In this document: one piece after another, positions 47,308-56,769 of the stretch | Numbering within the stretch: the stretch's first letter is position 1 | How the letters are laid out: each line of letters begins with the position of its first letter | NCBI GenBank assembly: GCA_965267575.1 | Contig: OZ254086.1 | Coordinates: 4,480,001-4,544,000 of the forward strand | Direction: 5' to 3' | From: Calditrichales bacterium | Lineage (GTDB): Bacteria > Calditrichota > Calditrichia > Calditrichales > J004 | DNA: 64,000 bases | Translations under genes and position numbers: made by a program | The notes under the pieces: model-generated | The model's input: only the letters and a program-made list of their open reading frames with translations | What the model was told of the DNA's origin: nothing | Databases searched by the model: none

Positions 47308-48831
47308 TCAATCCATTAAATTCAGCATTTGCGCTTCGTGGATAATCTCCGTGCTGTTGTCCATATGGATCGCGTTATCATAAGGTTGGCTTCCGTCGCC
47401 TTCCAGGTAGGCACGTGTGGTTCCTCCGTCATCGTAAAGTATCCCCATAACAAAAATACCAAGAATAATCTGGTTAAAGGCCCTGGAGCTGTCGTCGCGC
47501 TTGGTGCCAAACCAATCCCGCGCTTGTGGATTTTCCCTGCGAATTTTTTGGGCCAGTGCCCTGGCGGCCCGCCTGATGTTGGGGCTATTCGTGCCGCTTT
47601 GAAGTTCGTTAAGCTTTGTTAATGCCCAACTCGGGTTGCGTGCAGTACCGTAGCCCGCTGCAGTTAAAGCCGCCGCATCCAGCGCAGCGCACTCGTGCCC
47701 GTTTCGTGCGGCTAAACTCAGCCATTCGAAAGCAGCTTCCGGATCTTGCTCAACCCCGCGCCCTTCCAGGTACAAATAGCCAATTTGAGCCTGCGCTGTA
47801 ATGTTTGGTGCACTTTCAGCAGCTTTTTCAATGTAAGATGCCGCTTTTTTCTTGTCCCTTTCCACGCCGCAGCCCATCATGTAAATTGTTCCCAGCCTCT
47901 GCAATGATTGTGAATTGGCCCATAATAATGATTCCGGGGTTCGCGCATCCACTTCGGCTGTCCGGTTTTCACGACACCATTCCACAACCTCGGTAAATAA
48001 TGCGGCAGCTTCATCACAATCTCTTCCTACACCACGGCCGGTTAAGTAGAGATTTCCCAAACAGGTCTTAGCCCCCAGATGCCCAAGCACCGAAGCCTGA
48101 GAATAACAAACGGCGGCCTGTCTGAAGTCTTCGGGAGCTCCCTCATTATCATAAAGCTCGTTATCATCGAGAATTCTTCCTAATTCCGTCAACGCCTGCG
48201 GATGTCCCTGCTTAGCGGCCAGGCTAAGCCAGTGTAGTGCCTTTTCGTAATCAACCTTTCCGGTCAGACCGCTGGTGTAGCCATACGAATAGCGAAATCC
48301 GAGGTGCCTCTGCGCCGGTGCATATCCCTGCTCTGCTGATTTGCGATAGTAATCATAAGCTCTTGTATAGCTTTTATCGTCTCCGGTTACACCGAAACGG
48401 CTTCGACAGAAATAAGCAAATTCAAATTGCGCAGGCGCATATCCGGCTTCTGCTGCCTTTTTCAGGCCGGCGATTATCTCCCGCTCCTGCTTATTGGGAT
48501 ACTGTGGCTTCCTGCCGGTTAGTCTATATTGCCTTTCAAGATGTAAGCGCAACACACGACCTGCCTGATGCAGCAAGCGCAACTCTTCCGGTTCTTCTTC
48601 TATACATTCCTCACAAGCTTTGAGCGCAGCTTCAACTTCAACTTTTTCATCGGGAACGCCCTTCGTCACTTTCTGCAAGTCCCACGGATCGCTTGCCAAA
48701 CGATCACATTCCGTGACCGGTTCTGCAACCAGCGGCGCCAAAAGTCCAAACGCTAAAATCATCATCCATGCTATTTGTAAAGCCCTTAATCCATAACTGC
48801 GCAACATGCCAGTCTGTCTTGGTAACGGCAT
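47308..48831 (-). CDS. Sel1-repeat (TPR-like) secreted protein
   Basis: CDRLASDPWD N-domain; repeated A..G...AQ..LG..Y..G.GV..D...A..W. Confidence 0.9.
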   Translation of the reverse strand: MPLPRQTGMLRSYGLRALQIAWMMILAFGLLAPLVAEPVTECDRLASDPWDLQKVTKGVPDEKVEVEAALKACEECIEEEPEELRLLHQAGRVLRLHLERQYRLTGRKPQYPNKQEREIIAGLKKAAEAGYAPAQFEFAYFCRSRFGVTGDDKSYTRAYDYYRKSAEQGYAPAQRHLGFRYSYGYTSGLTGKVDYEKALHWLSLAAKQGHPQALTELGRILDDNELYDNEGAPEDFRQAAVCYSQASVLGHLGAKTCLGNLYLTGRGVGRDCDEAAALFTEVVEWCRENRTAEVDARTPESLLWANSQSLQRLGTIYMMGCGVERDKKKAASYIEKAAESAPNITAQAQIGYLYLEGRGVEQDPEAAFEWLSLAARNGHECAALDAAALTAAGYGTARNPSWALTKLNELQSGTNSPNIRRAARALAQKIRRENPQARDWFGTKRDDSSRAFNQIILGIFVMGILYDDGGTTRAYLEGDGSQPYDNAIHMDNSTEIIHEAQMLNLMD

Positions 48832-49074
48832 AATATTCCCCCTAAATGGTTAGACAAAATTCCGTGCAGTGTAAGAATATTATGCAGTCTCGTCAAACTT
48901 CGCCTTAGATAGGCAGGCTTTAGTTGTTACTATTTTCTGATAAACTCACTTTCCCCAATTTCGAATATGCCCTTTGCCGGGTTGTTTTTTGCGCCATTGT
49001 GGATATATTTGTCCGGGCCTATAAACCAGGGTGGCATTAATGCGAGGCCTTATGCCATTCAACGGGGACTCATT

Positions 49075-49680
49075 ATGTCACAACCGGTCAATCCTCAACT
49101 GTTTGAGAATATTGAGCATCACCTGGCTAGCGCGGGGAAATCGATTATACGCGGCTTGCTTGCCGCGTGCGCCGGCGTCGTCCTGATGTGGATGATCAAT
49201 GTAGGTATTGCGTCGGCCACCGTCTCCATACCGGGCCTGGATATTAAAGTGCCAACGCTGATCGGGGCGCTGGTTTTCGTTTTGACCACGACGGTATTTG
49301 GCGTTGCCGCGGCCGCGCGCGTCTTAAAGGTCAGAAACCTGGAAAACCATTTATCCTTCGTCTTTCCGCGTTTGCCAGAGAACGAGCAGACCCGCTTTCT
49401 AGACATCCTGACGGCCGCTATTACACGCCGCTCTCCGATATGGGGAAAGGTCTCGCTGTTCTTTGTTACCCTTTGCGGATACCTGCTACATACGCTTTAT
49501 TGGTACATTCTTTTTGAATTTGCAGGATGGGAGCATTACCAGGGAGCGCCGCTTTGGCTAAGAAGTTTTCTGGGTCAGCTATGGATGTCGTTTGGAATGG
49601 CAACGTTTACAATAGCGCCGTTTGGGTTTCTCTATCTCGTTCGCATCAGAATTTTTGAAACATTGAATGTCCCACATTAA
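49075..49680 (+). CDS. Hypothetical four-TM membrane protein
   Basis: MSQPVNPQ start after gggga; four hydrophobic segments. Confidence 0.6.
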   Translation: MSQPVNPQLFENIEHHLASAGKSIIRGLLAACAGVVLMWMINVGIASATVSIPGLDIKVPTLIGALVFVLTTTVFGVAAAARVLKVRNLENHLSFVFPRLPENEQTRFLDILTAAITRRSPIWGKVSLFFVTLCGYLLHTLYWYILFEFAGWEHYQGAPLWLRSFLGQLWMSFGMATFTIAPFGFLYLVRIRIFETLNVPH

Positions 49681-49700
49681 TAAGTACCGAGGCGGAGAGG

Positions 49701-49940
49701 CCCACCCTGCCCTTTCTCCCCGTAGAGGTTAGAAATCCAGGATTCGTCACAGCCCAAGATTTCTCGCTGCGCTTCGAAATGACACAAGCGAGGAAGCTTC
49801 CACAGCAACCACAAAACACCAAGACTGTCATTTCGAATCCCCGACAGGGGTGAGAAATCCAGGATGAAGCTTTTGCCATTGCCTTTACACTTTTTTGCCA
49901 ACGCACACTCCTGGATTTCTCGCTGCGCTTCGAAAAGACA
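49701..49940 (+). repeat. Palindromic repeat array, units 8-9
   Basis: Unit 8 has a degenerate left arm and ends at 49784; unit 9 spans 49826-49940; same orientation as units 1-7. Confidence 0.93.
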
Positions 49941-49957
49941 GGGCCGCAGCATTTTCC

Positions 49958-50416
49958 TTAATAAAACGTCACTTCATACCCTTTGAACTGGTAATTGTCA
50001 TAGACAAACTTGGCGGAGAAAACACGCTCATCATCCAGCCATTGCATAAAGACTTTGTCGCCTTCCCACAAGTTCAGCTCCTCCAGCTTGTCGTTGTCGA
50101 TCCAGGCCAGCTCCCCTTCCGGCGAATCGATCAGCTCGCCTTCAAATTTTTCGGCGGTAAACAGAAAAACGTACCAGTCGTCCTCGCCGTCAAACGCGGG
50201 AAAGGTGATGATGCCCCGCAGGCGCGGCTCGCGTATATCCAGTCCCGACTCCTCAAAGACTTCGCGCGTAACACACTCTTCCGGTGTCTCGCCGGCGTGC
50301 ATCTTACCACCCAGACCGTTCCATTTCCCCTTGTGGATATCGTTTTTCTTTTTATTGCGCAGCAGCATCAGCGTTTTGCCTTGCGCGCGCACGTAACATA
50401 AAGTAGCCAGTTTCAC
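49958..50416 (-). CDS. NUDIX hydrolase, 8-oxo-dGTP diphosphatase (MutT/MutX-like)
   Basis: WNGLGGKMHAGETPEECVTREVFEESGL Nudix box; EGELAW, LWEGD. Confidence 0.92.
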   Translation of the reverse strand: MKLATLCYVRAQGKTLMLLRNKKKNDIHKGKWNGLGGKMHAGETPEECVTREVFEESGLDIREPRLRGIITFPAFDGEDDWYVFLFTAEKFEGELIDSPEGELAWIDNDKLEELNLWEGDKVFMQWLDDERVFSAKFVYDNYQFKGYEVTFY

Positions 50417-50658
50417 TTTTTTTCCGTGGATTGCTTGGTGAATTGTTGAATGAATGAGTTGCTGAAGTCTTGCTCCTGATCATGATCATGATCGTGATCT
50501 ATTTGCCGCTATCGAGACGTCGATCATGAGCAAGAACACTTGATTACTTTCCCGTGACATTTAATGACAACCCTTTACCAGCCCATGACATCCCTGACGC
50601 GGCAGATGGCGTAATTACTCCTGAACACGAAAACAAAACCACTTACCGGGAGGTAGAA

Positions 50659-51078
50659 ATGAAAACTTTAGTAGCCATCGTAACCATGTTCGCCGCAGTA
50701 ACTTTTGCCGCAGCACAAACTAATCAAAGCGATCGTGCCTTACAAAATTATGTACATGCTTTGACGCAGGAGAACGGCGGCGTTGTCGCCAGCGCCATGA
50801 GCAACCTGATGCTGTACCGGGTTGCCAAACCGGATACGGATTTCAGTGAAGCAATCGCCAAATTACGGAAGATAGAAAAAGAACAGGCCAATGATGTTCT
50901 GGGCCACAAAGCCTACATCACCCGACTGTTCCTGGAGCGCCCCGATAAATTCAACTGGATGGATCTGGAATCGGAAGAAGGACAAGCCACGCTGATGATG
51001 CTGGATGCACGCCTGGCCAACCAGATAGCGATCATCAAAGACAAGAATGTCGATTCGCTGTACGTCGACGCCCACTAA
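50659..51078 (+). CDS. Hypothetical secreted helical protein
   Basis: ATG at 50659 after ggaggt; signal peptide ending FAAA-Q. Confidence 0.7.
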   Translation: MKTLVAIVTMFAAVTFAAAQTNQSDRALQNYVHALTQENGGVVASAMSNLMLYRVAKPDTDFSEAIAKLRKIEKEQANDVLGHKAYITRLFLERPDKFNWMDLESEEGQATLMMLDARLANQIAIIKDKNVDSLYVDAH

Positions 51079-51097
51079 GTATATTTATTCTCCTGTA

Positions 51098-51130
51098 AAG
51101 CCTCCGGTTAACCGCCGGGGGCTTTTTTTA
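51098..51130 (+). terminator. Intrinsic terminator
   Basis: aagcctccgg...ccgggggctt followed by a T run. Confidence 0.75.
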
Positions 51131-51220
51131 TTTCGTAATCAATTTGTTACAAAAACCTTAATGGCATTTCATTATCCGATCGTCTATTTTTCAGTTTGCC
51201 CAAAAATCAGAGGAGTTGCC

Positions 51221-53167
51221 ATGGCTAAAACCACGCACATCTGGCACAAAGTTCTGGACAACCCGGACGAGCTGCGGGAAGGACGCGTTATAACAGTAAC
51301 AGCCGGTCACAAAGGGATTGCCTTAAGCTGCTTTGCGGGAAAATTCTGTGCTTTGGAAAACCGTTGTCCACACCAGGGTGGCCCGTTGGGAGAAGGGTCC
51401 ATCGAAAAAGGCTGGCTGCGTTGCCCATGGCACGGCTGGGATTATCATCCCTGTACAGGCAAACCTCCCGGCGGTTATGATGACGGAGTGAAGACCTTTC
51501 CGGTGGAACAGCGTAAAGACGGCATTTACGTAGGGGTAGAAAAGGAAAAGAAACATGTTTCCACCATTACGGATGTTATGGTTGAAACCATGCTCAACTG
51601 GGGTGTTAACATGGTTTTTGGAATGGTCGGTCATAGCAATCTCGGTCTTGCCGATGCCATGCGCCGACAGGAAGAGGCGGGCAGGCTGCGCTATATAGCG
51701 ATTCGTCATGAAGGCGCGGGTGCCTTTGCGGCTTCAGCCTACGGTAAGCTTACAGGAAAACCGGCCGCATGCTTTTCCATTGCCGGACCCGGAGCGACCA
51801 ATATGTATACAGGCATGTGGGACGCCAAAGTGGACCGCGCCCCGTTGCTGGCTTTAACCGGCCAGGTTGAGACACAGGTGGTCGGTACAGGCGCTTTCCA
51901 GGAAGTGGATCTTGTGGCCGCGTTCCACTCCGTTGCCGCATTCAATCACCGCGTGCAGAATAACAGCAAACATGCGGAACTTATGAACCTTGCCATAAAA
52001 CATGCCCTGCTGCAACGCGATGTAGCCCACCTCACCTTTCCCGACGAAGTCCAGACTTTACCGGCGGGCGACTACCAGGCCGGCTCACCCGCAGGACGCA
52101 TTACACCGCTCAATATCTCCCCGCCCCCGGAAATTGTCGATAAAGCCGTCGGGATGCTGTCAAAGGCAAAACGGCCGGTTATTATTATGGGTCATGGCGC
52201 ACGTTTTCACACAGATCAGATTATTGCATTTGCCGAAAAACTGCGCGCCCCGGTATTAACAACATTTAAGGGCAAGGGCCTCATCCCCGATGCCCATCCT
52301 TTGGGTTGCGGCGTTCTTGGACGCAGCGGTACGCCTGTAGCGAGCTGGTTCATGAACGAATGTGATTTGCTGCTTGTCTTTGGAGCATCATTTTCCAATC
52401 ATACCGGCATTACACCTAAAAAACCAACCATCCAGGTTGATTTTGATCCGCTGGCACTAAGTAAATTCCACAGCATCGACGCTGCCGTTTGGGGCGAGAT
52501 TGGCGTTACTCTTAAACTGTTTAGTGAAATGCTTGGCCATAGCATTCAGGCGATAGATCAGCGTGGCGAAGTCGCGGAACGTAAAGCTATCTGGCAAAAA
52601 GAAAAAGCACGGCGTTTAAAGGATGATCGCGGAAAAGGCATCAGTTCTGTCCAGGTTTTCGATGCCATGAATCGTCACGTGCCAGAAAACGCTGTCATAA
52701 CGGTGGACGTGGGTAACAATGCCTATTCTTTCGGACGCTATTTTGAACCTGCGGGGCAGTCCGTCCTCATGAGCGGCTACCTGGGTTCCATCGGCTTCGC
52801 CTATCCGGCCGCTCTGGGCGCGTGGGCCGCTGCGCCGGAAAGACCCATCGTTGCTGTTTCCGGCGACGGCGGTTACGTCCAATATATGGGTGAACTGCTT
52901 ACGGCAGTTAAGTATAAAATGCCCATCAAGCATATTCTGCTAAACAACAGTGAGTTGGGCAAAATATCCAAAGAACAGCGGGCCGCCGAGTTTGACGTCT
53001 GGAAAACGGATTTGCATAATCCCGATTTTTCCCGCTTTGCTGAAAACGCCGGTGCCCTGGGTATTCGCGTCACACGGCGCGATGAACTTGATCAGGCAAT
53101 GGAGAAGATCATCTCCCACAAGGGACCTGCTACCCTGGAAATTATTACAGATGTCGCTTTGGTATAA
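51221..53167 (+). CDS. Rieske [2Fe-2S] domain fused to a ThDP-dependent pyruvate oxidase/acetolactate synthase-family enzyme
   Basis: CPHQGGPL and CPWHGW Rieske motifs; RHEGAGAF, GPGATN, GDGG...NN ThDP motif; ATG 51221 after aggag. Confidence 0.92.
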   Translation: MAKTTHIWHKVLDNPDELREGRVITVTAGHKGIALSCFAGKFCALENRCPHQGGPLGEGSIEKGWLRCPWHGWDYHPCTGKPPGGYDDGVKTFPVEQRKDGIYVGVEKEKKHVSTITDVMVETMLNWGVNMVFGMVGHSNLGLADAMRRQEEAGRLRYIAIRHEGAGAFAASAYGKLTGKPAACFSIAGPGATNMYTGMWDAKVDRAPLLALTGQVETQVVGTGAFQEVDLVAAFHSVAAFNHRVQNNSKHAELMNLAIKHALLQRDVAHLTFPDEVQTLPAGDYQAGSPAGRITPLNISPPPEIVDKAVGMLSKAKRPVIIMGHGARFHTDQIIAFAEKLRAPVLTTFKGKGLIPDAHPLGCGVLGRSGTPVASWFMNECDLLLVFGASFSNHTGITPKKPTIQVDFDPLALSKFHSIDAAVWGEIGVTLKLFSEMLGHSIQAIDQRGEVAERKAIWQKEKARRLKDDRGKGISSVQVFDAMNRHVPENAVITVDVGNNAYSFGRYFEPAGQSVLMSGYLGSIGFAYPAALGAWAAAPERPIVAVSGDGGYVQYMGELLTAVKYKMPIKHILLNNSELGKISKEQRAAEFDVWKTDLHNPDFSRFAENAGALGIRVTRRDELDQAMEKIISHKGPATLEIITDVALV

Positions 53168-53202
53168 AAAAAGAGAGCGGTCTTTAAAAACCGCTCTCTT
53201 TT
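53166..53202. terminator. Bidirectional intrinsic terminator
   Basis: aaaagagagcggt...accgctctctttt between convergent genes. Confidence 0.88.
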
Positions 53203-53216
53203 ACGTGGCGTGATGC

Positions 53217-55001
53217 CTATTTAATCAATGTCATGCGCTTGGCAATAGTAAAATCAGGATGCTTTACACGGTAAATGTAGGTACCGCTGGCAACAGGATT
53301 TCCCAGATCGTCGCGGCTGTCCCATTGCAGCGTATGCCAGCCCGCTTCGGCTTCTTTATCCATCAGCGTTTTAATATGGCGGCCGGTGATGTCAAAAACA
53401 TCCACGCGTACCAGGCCTTTTGTGTGCAACGAAAAACGGATTTCCGTTGTCGGGTTAAAGGGGTTGGGATAGTTTTGCATAACCGTAAAATTACGCGGCC
53501 GCGCAACAGGACCGTCGGGGATGGACGAAACCGATCCGTAGGTAAGCAGGTAACGGCCATAGTTTACAAAATCATCGTTTACACGTTCCTGGTAGATGCT
53601 TTCTGTCACGTAGTCATATTCATCAATGTAGCTGAGGATGCGCTCATAGTCGTACCACTCTTCGCCGGTCCAGTAACCGTTGAGTTGAGTTGCTTCTTTA
53701 TTGGTCATATTTATCGTGGTAAGATCGCGATAATCGTTCAGCCAGCCCGATTCCGTCCACATCTGGAATATATAGGTGTAGGAACCGTCATCATCAGGAT
53801 ACTCATAGGATTCCCTGGAATAGTTTACGGCTTCACCCAAATCGTAGTCCTGCACCTGCTCGATTACTTCCAGCGGCCTGTCCTGCGCATCATAGCTGGT
53901 CGTTGTGCTGTTTGTGACCACCCAGTCTGAGCCGCTCCAGTACTCGCTGGCCGAATAGCTCACATTATGATTGCGACCGTCTTCACCTGCAGAATGATAC
54001 TCAATCACTTCGCGTGATTCGTTATCCCATTCCTGGCCTGTCCAGTATTGCGTGATGTACTGTGTCCATTCGTTGGGCAGGATGACCGATTCGTATACGT
54101 AGACATTACGATAACCGGGCTCCCATTCCTCGCCGTCCCAGCTGCTGGAAATTTGTTCTGTCTTCCTGTCCTGATTGTCATAAACAAAGGAAGTCAGGCT
54201 GGAATTTTCATAACCCTGGTCACCGGCATACTGCGTAATGATCTCATCATTCAAACCGGCCGCCGTCCAGGTGTAGGTTATTAGGAAATAATCACTCCAG
54301 GCGCCTTCCAGCCAAAACTCGGTTTCGTATGTGGCCAGACGTGTCTGGTCAAAATAGGTATTCAGATCACGGTAGCTGTTCACCCATGCTCCGTTTTCGT
54401 CGTACTGATATACCGATTCCAAAACTCTCATTTGATTGTCATAATAAGTCAGGTAGCGGTCTTGGTTAACCCAGGCGCCGTTAAGCCAATTTTGGTAAAC
54501 CGATTCGTTTTGCATGCCGTTGCCATCATAGTTATAAAGATATCGACCAACGTATTCAAGCTTGCCCGTATAACTTTCTTCGGTAGTAACCTCAGTAACT
54601 CTTCCGGAAGCGTTATAGCTATAGCTGTAGCGCCTAAAGACGTCCCAGCTTGTACCGTTCCACATCTCATTGGTATAAAGGGTGTACTGGCCGCTGCTAT
54701 GGTAGGCATAGGTATGACGCAATGCGTTTACCCAGGCATTGTTCTCCCAGTTTTGATAGAGTAATTCGGTGATGAGCCTTTCTCCGCTTGCGCTTACAGT
54801 TTCCTTGTAAAGCATGCGCTGCTGTTTGCCCTCCGCCGATGTCTCCATCTTTTGGCTCTTGATCAGTTCCTGCGGGACAGGTACTTCAGGAAGCTTATGT
54901 TCCCGCTTTTGATGCTGTAAATCCGGCGTTGCCAACGCCAGCGAAACGCTCAGCAGAAAGAGCAGCGCCAGCATTAATCCTCTTATTTTTAAGTTTTTCA
55001 T
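53217..55001 (-). CDS. Secreted Tyr/Trp-rich repeat protein with FlgD-like C-terminal sorting domain
   Basis: Signal peptide; ~28-aa repeats W....W.N..R..Y.Y; QNYPNPFNPTT, VASGTYIYR. Confidence 0.82.
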   Translation of the reverse strand: MKNLKIRGLMLALLFLLSVSLALATPDLQHQKREHKLPEVPVPQELIKSQKMETSAEGKQQRMLYKETVSASGERLITELLYQNWENNAWVNALRHTYAYHSSGQYTLYTNEMWNGTSWDVFRRYSYSYNASGRVTEVTTEESYTGKLEYVGRYLYNYDGNGMQNESVYQNWLNGAWVNQDRYLTYYDNQMRVLESVYQYDENGAWVNSYRDLNTYFDQTRLATYETEFWLEGAWSDYFLITYTWTAAGLNDEIITQYAGDQGYENSSLTSFVYDNQDRKTEQISSSWDGEEWEPGYRNVYVYESVILPNEWTQYITQYWTGQEWDNESREVIEYHSAGEDGRNHNVSYSASEYWSGSDWVVTNSTTTSYDAQDRPLEVIEQVQDYDLGEAVNYSRESYEYPDDDGSYTYIFQMWTESGWLNDYRDLTTINMTNKEATQLNGYWTGEEWYDYERILSYIDEYDYVTESIYQERVNDDFVNYGRYLLTYGSVSSIPDGPVARPRNFTVMQNYPNPFNPTTEIRFSLHTKGLVRVDVFDITGRHIKTLMDKEAEAGWHTLQWDSRDDLGNPVASGTYIYRVKHPDFTIAKRMTLIK

Positions 55002-55280
55002 GATTGTTTTCCTTCTATAGGGTTTGTGTTTATCTATTATTTTGGACGTATTTTACCTGTTTGGCTAAACCATAGGCTTACCCTCCGGATTTATTAAACT
55101 GTTTATACAGGAACTTAAACGGTAACTATGGGACGGTTCTTTTCCGACTCTCCTGAGAAATTTGCGCGAATTTAAATGTGCGTTATTGCCGCGGTCAATA
55201 GAAATCTTATTTATTTTTAAAGCTAAAATTTTAGGAACGCCAAAGGTACGCAGTCATGTAATCGTGGTTTCAAAAAATAA

Positions 55281-56723
55281 TTAAAAATTAAAAATTATCT
55301 TCAGAAAGGCCTGACCGCCGCCATAGGAAAATACAGATGATTTTCCGGAATTATCCGTATCACTGTCTCCATCGCCGGAAGTTTTACTGACGATTACAGG
55401 GACATATTGCTGCAAACCCACGCTTACCGCAAAAAAACGGCTTATTTCATTATACCAGATAATGCCAGCGTAAAATCCTTTTGCCTCCTTTACTTCGAGT
55501 TGACGAACGCGCAAATCACGAATTCCGAAAACAAGAAACTGAGGCTGCCATGTGCGCAACTCCCCGCTTGGCCGTATGTTTTCATAAGCCAGTGAAAAAT
55601 CAAGCCGGTTGCCCGGAGTCATTTGCCAGCGCCAGTGTCCTTTTAGCTGGTTAAAGCTGTATGCATATTCGGCAACGGCGAAGGAGCGTACACCCAGAAG
55701 ATCAATCCATGCCGGCGAAAAGGGCCAGCTATCGGCATAGCCGCGTGAAGTTAGCAATATATCGCCTGAACAATGAGCAAGGTTTACAATATGCCGTGGA
55801 CCGAATGGTTTTTCGACAAACACTTCTGTTTGCTCAAATGCCGTTTCATAATTGGTGATTTTACCGAATACCGCTGCATCTTGGTAAAGCCGGCCCGCCG
55901 TTTTTTCCATCTGCTTGATAAAGCGAAATCCGAAATTGTCTATCCAGTCGGCTGCAACAAAACGAATACTCATCTTCCAGCCTTCAGCCTTCCCGCTAGG
56001 CAAGGTCGTCCTGCCTGCGTGCCTGTGCTGTTCGCGATTAATCCCGCAATGGTGATAAAACAGTTCCAGGTTGATGCGACGGTTTAAAAAATGAAGCTGC
56101 GCACGGCCCTGTTGCAGCTGCTTGTCGCGAATCCAGCGCAAGCCAACACGTGAATCTTTTATAAAAATTGAAAAATCTCTGTGTTCATGTTCAAGCAAAA
56201 ATCCATATCGCAGGTTGACTTCTGGGAGGGGCTTGAGAACAAGGCCACCAGTCCATATTGGCAATGCCCCATAGCCGGAATCGCGCGCGCCGGCGCCTGC
56301 CTGCAGATAGAGCCAGGGCCAGACCGTGCCGGCCGCTTCAAGTACAAAACGCAAATGGTCCTGCCGGTAACGAAACTCCGAGTCTAAGCTACCGCTGTTT
56401 GCTACTGAAACATATTTATCCAGGGATGCTCCGACGACCAGCGGTCTTCCCGCAACGCTAAACCCGTGACGAACATGGTTGCTCTGACGCCACATATGAA
56501 TGTCATCTGAAAGCCGCCCGCCACGCCGTTCCATGTAAATTTGATCATACCAAAAAGATGATTCCAACCGGGAGCTGTTAAGAGTGTCGTTAGCAAAAGA
56601 AAAAGCCTGTTCCCCGCCATAAAACTCGCCTAGAAAACGCAACGGCAGGGATGGGTTTGATCCAAAAGGGGTTTGTGCGCCAACGCAATATGTAATTGCT
56701 AAAAATAAAAGAGTTATCTTCAT
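55281..56723 (-). CDS. Putative outer-membrane beta-barrel protein
   Basis: Signal peptide MKITLLF; amphipathic strands; C-terminal Phe (KIIFNF). Confidence 0.65.
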   Translation of the reverse strand: MKITLLFLAITYCVGAQTPFGSNPSLPLRFLGEFYGGEQAFSFANDTLNSSRLESSFWYDQIYMERRGGRLSDDIHMWRQSNHVRHGFSVAGRPLVVGASLDKYVSVANSGSLDSEFRYRQDHLRFVLEAAGTVWPWLYLQAGAGARDSGYGALPIWTGGLVLKPLPEVNLRYGFLLEHEHRDFSIFIKDSRVGLRWIRDKQLQQGRAQLHFLNRRINLELFYHHCGINREQHRHAGRTTLPSGKAEGWKMSIRFVAADWIDNFGFRFIKQMEKTAGRLYQDAAVFGKITNYETAFEQTEVFVEKPFGPRHIVNLAHCSGDILLTSRGYADSWPFSPAWIDLLGVRSFAVAEYAYSFNQLKGHWRWQMTPGNRLDFSLAYENIRPSGELRTWQPQFLVFGIRDLRVRQLEVKEAKGFYAGIIWYNEISRFFAVSVGLQQYVPVIVSKTSGDGDSDTDNSGKSSVFSYGGGQAFLKIIFNF

Positions 56724-56728
56724 AAACG

Positions 56729-56758
56729 AAAAAGCCCCGCCACGAAGCCGACGGGGCA
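56729..56758 (-). terminator. Intergenic terminator-like hairpin
   Basis: gccccgtc...ggcggggc followed by ttttt on the minus strand. Confidence 0.65.
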
Positions 56759-56769
56759 ATTCTTGAAAC

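Noticed and set aside
51047..51220. N-terminal extension of the Rieske-ThDP protein
   Set aside because: It spans a terminator; the RBS supports ATG 51221.
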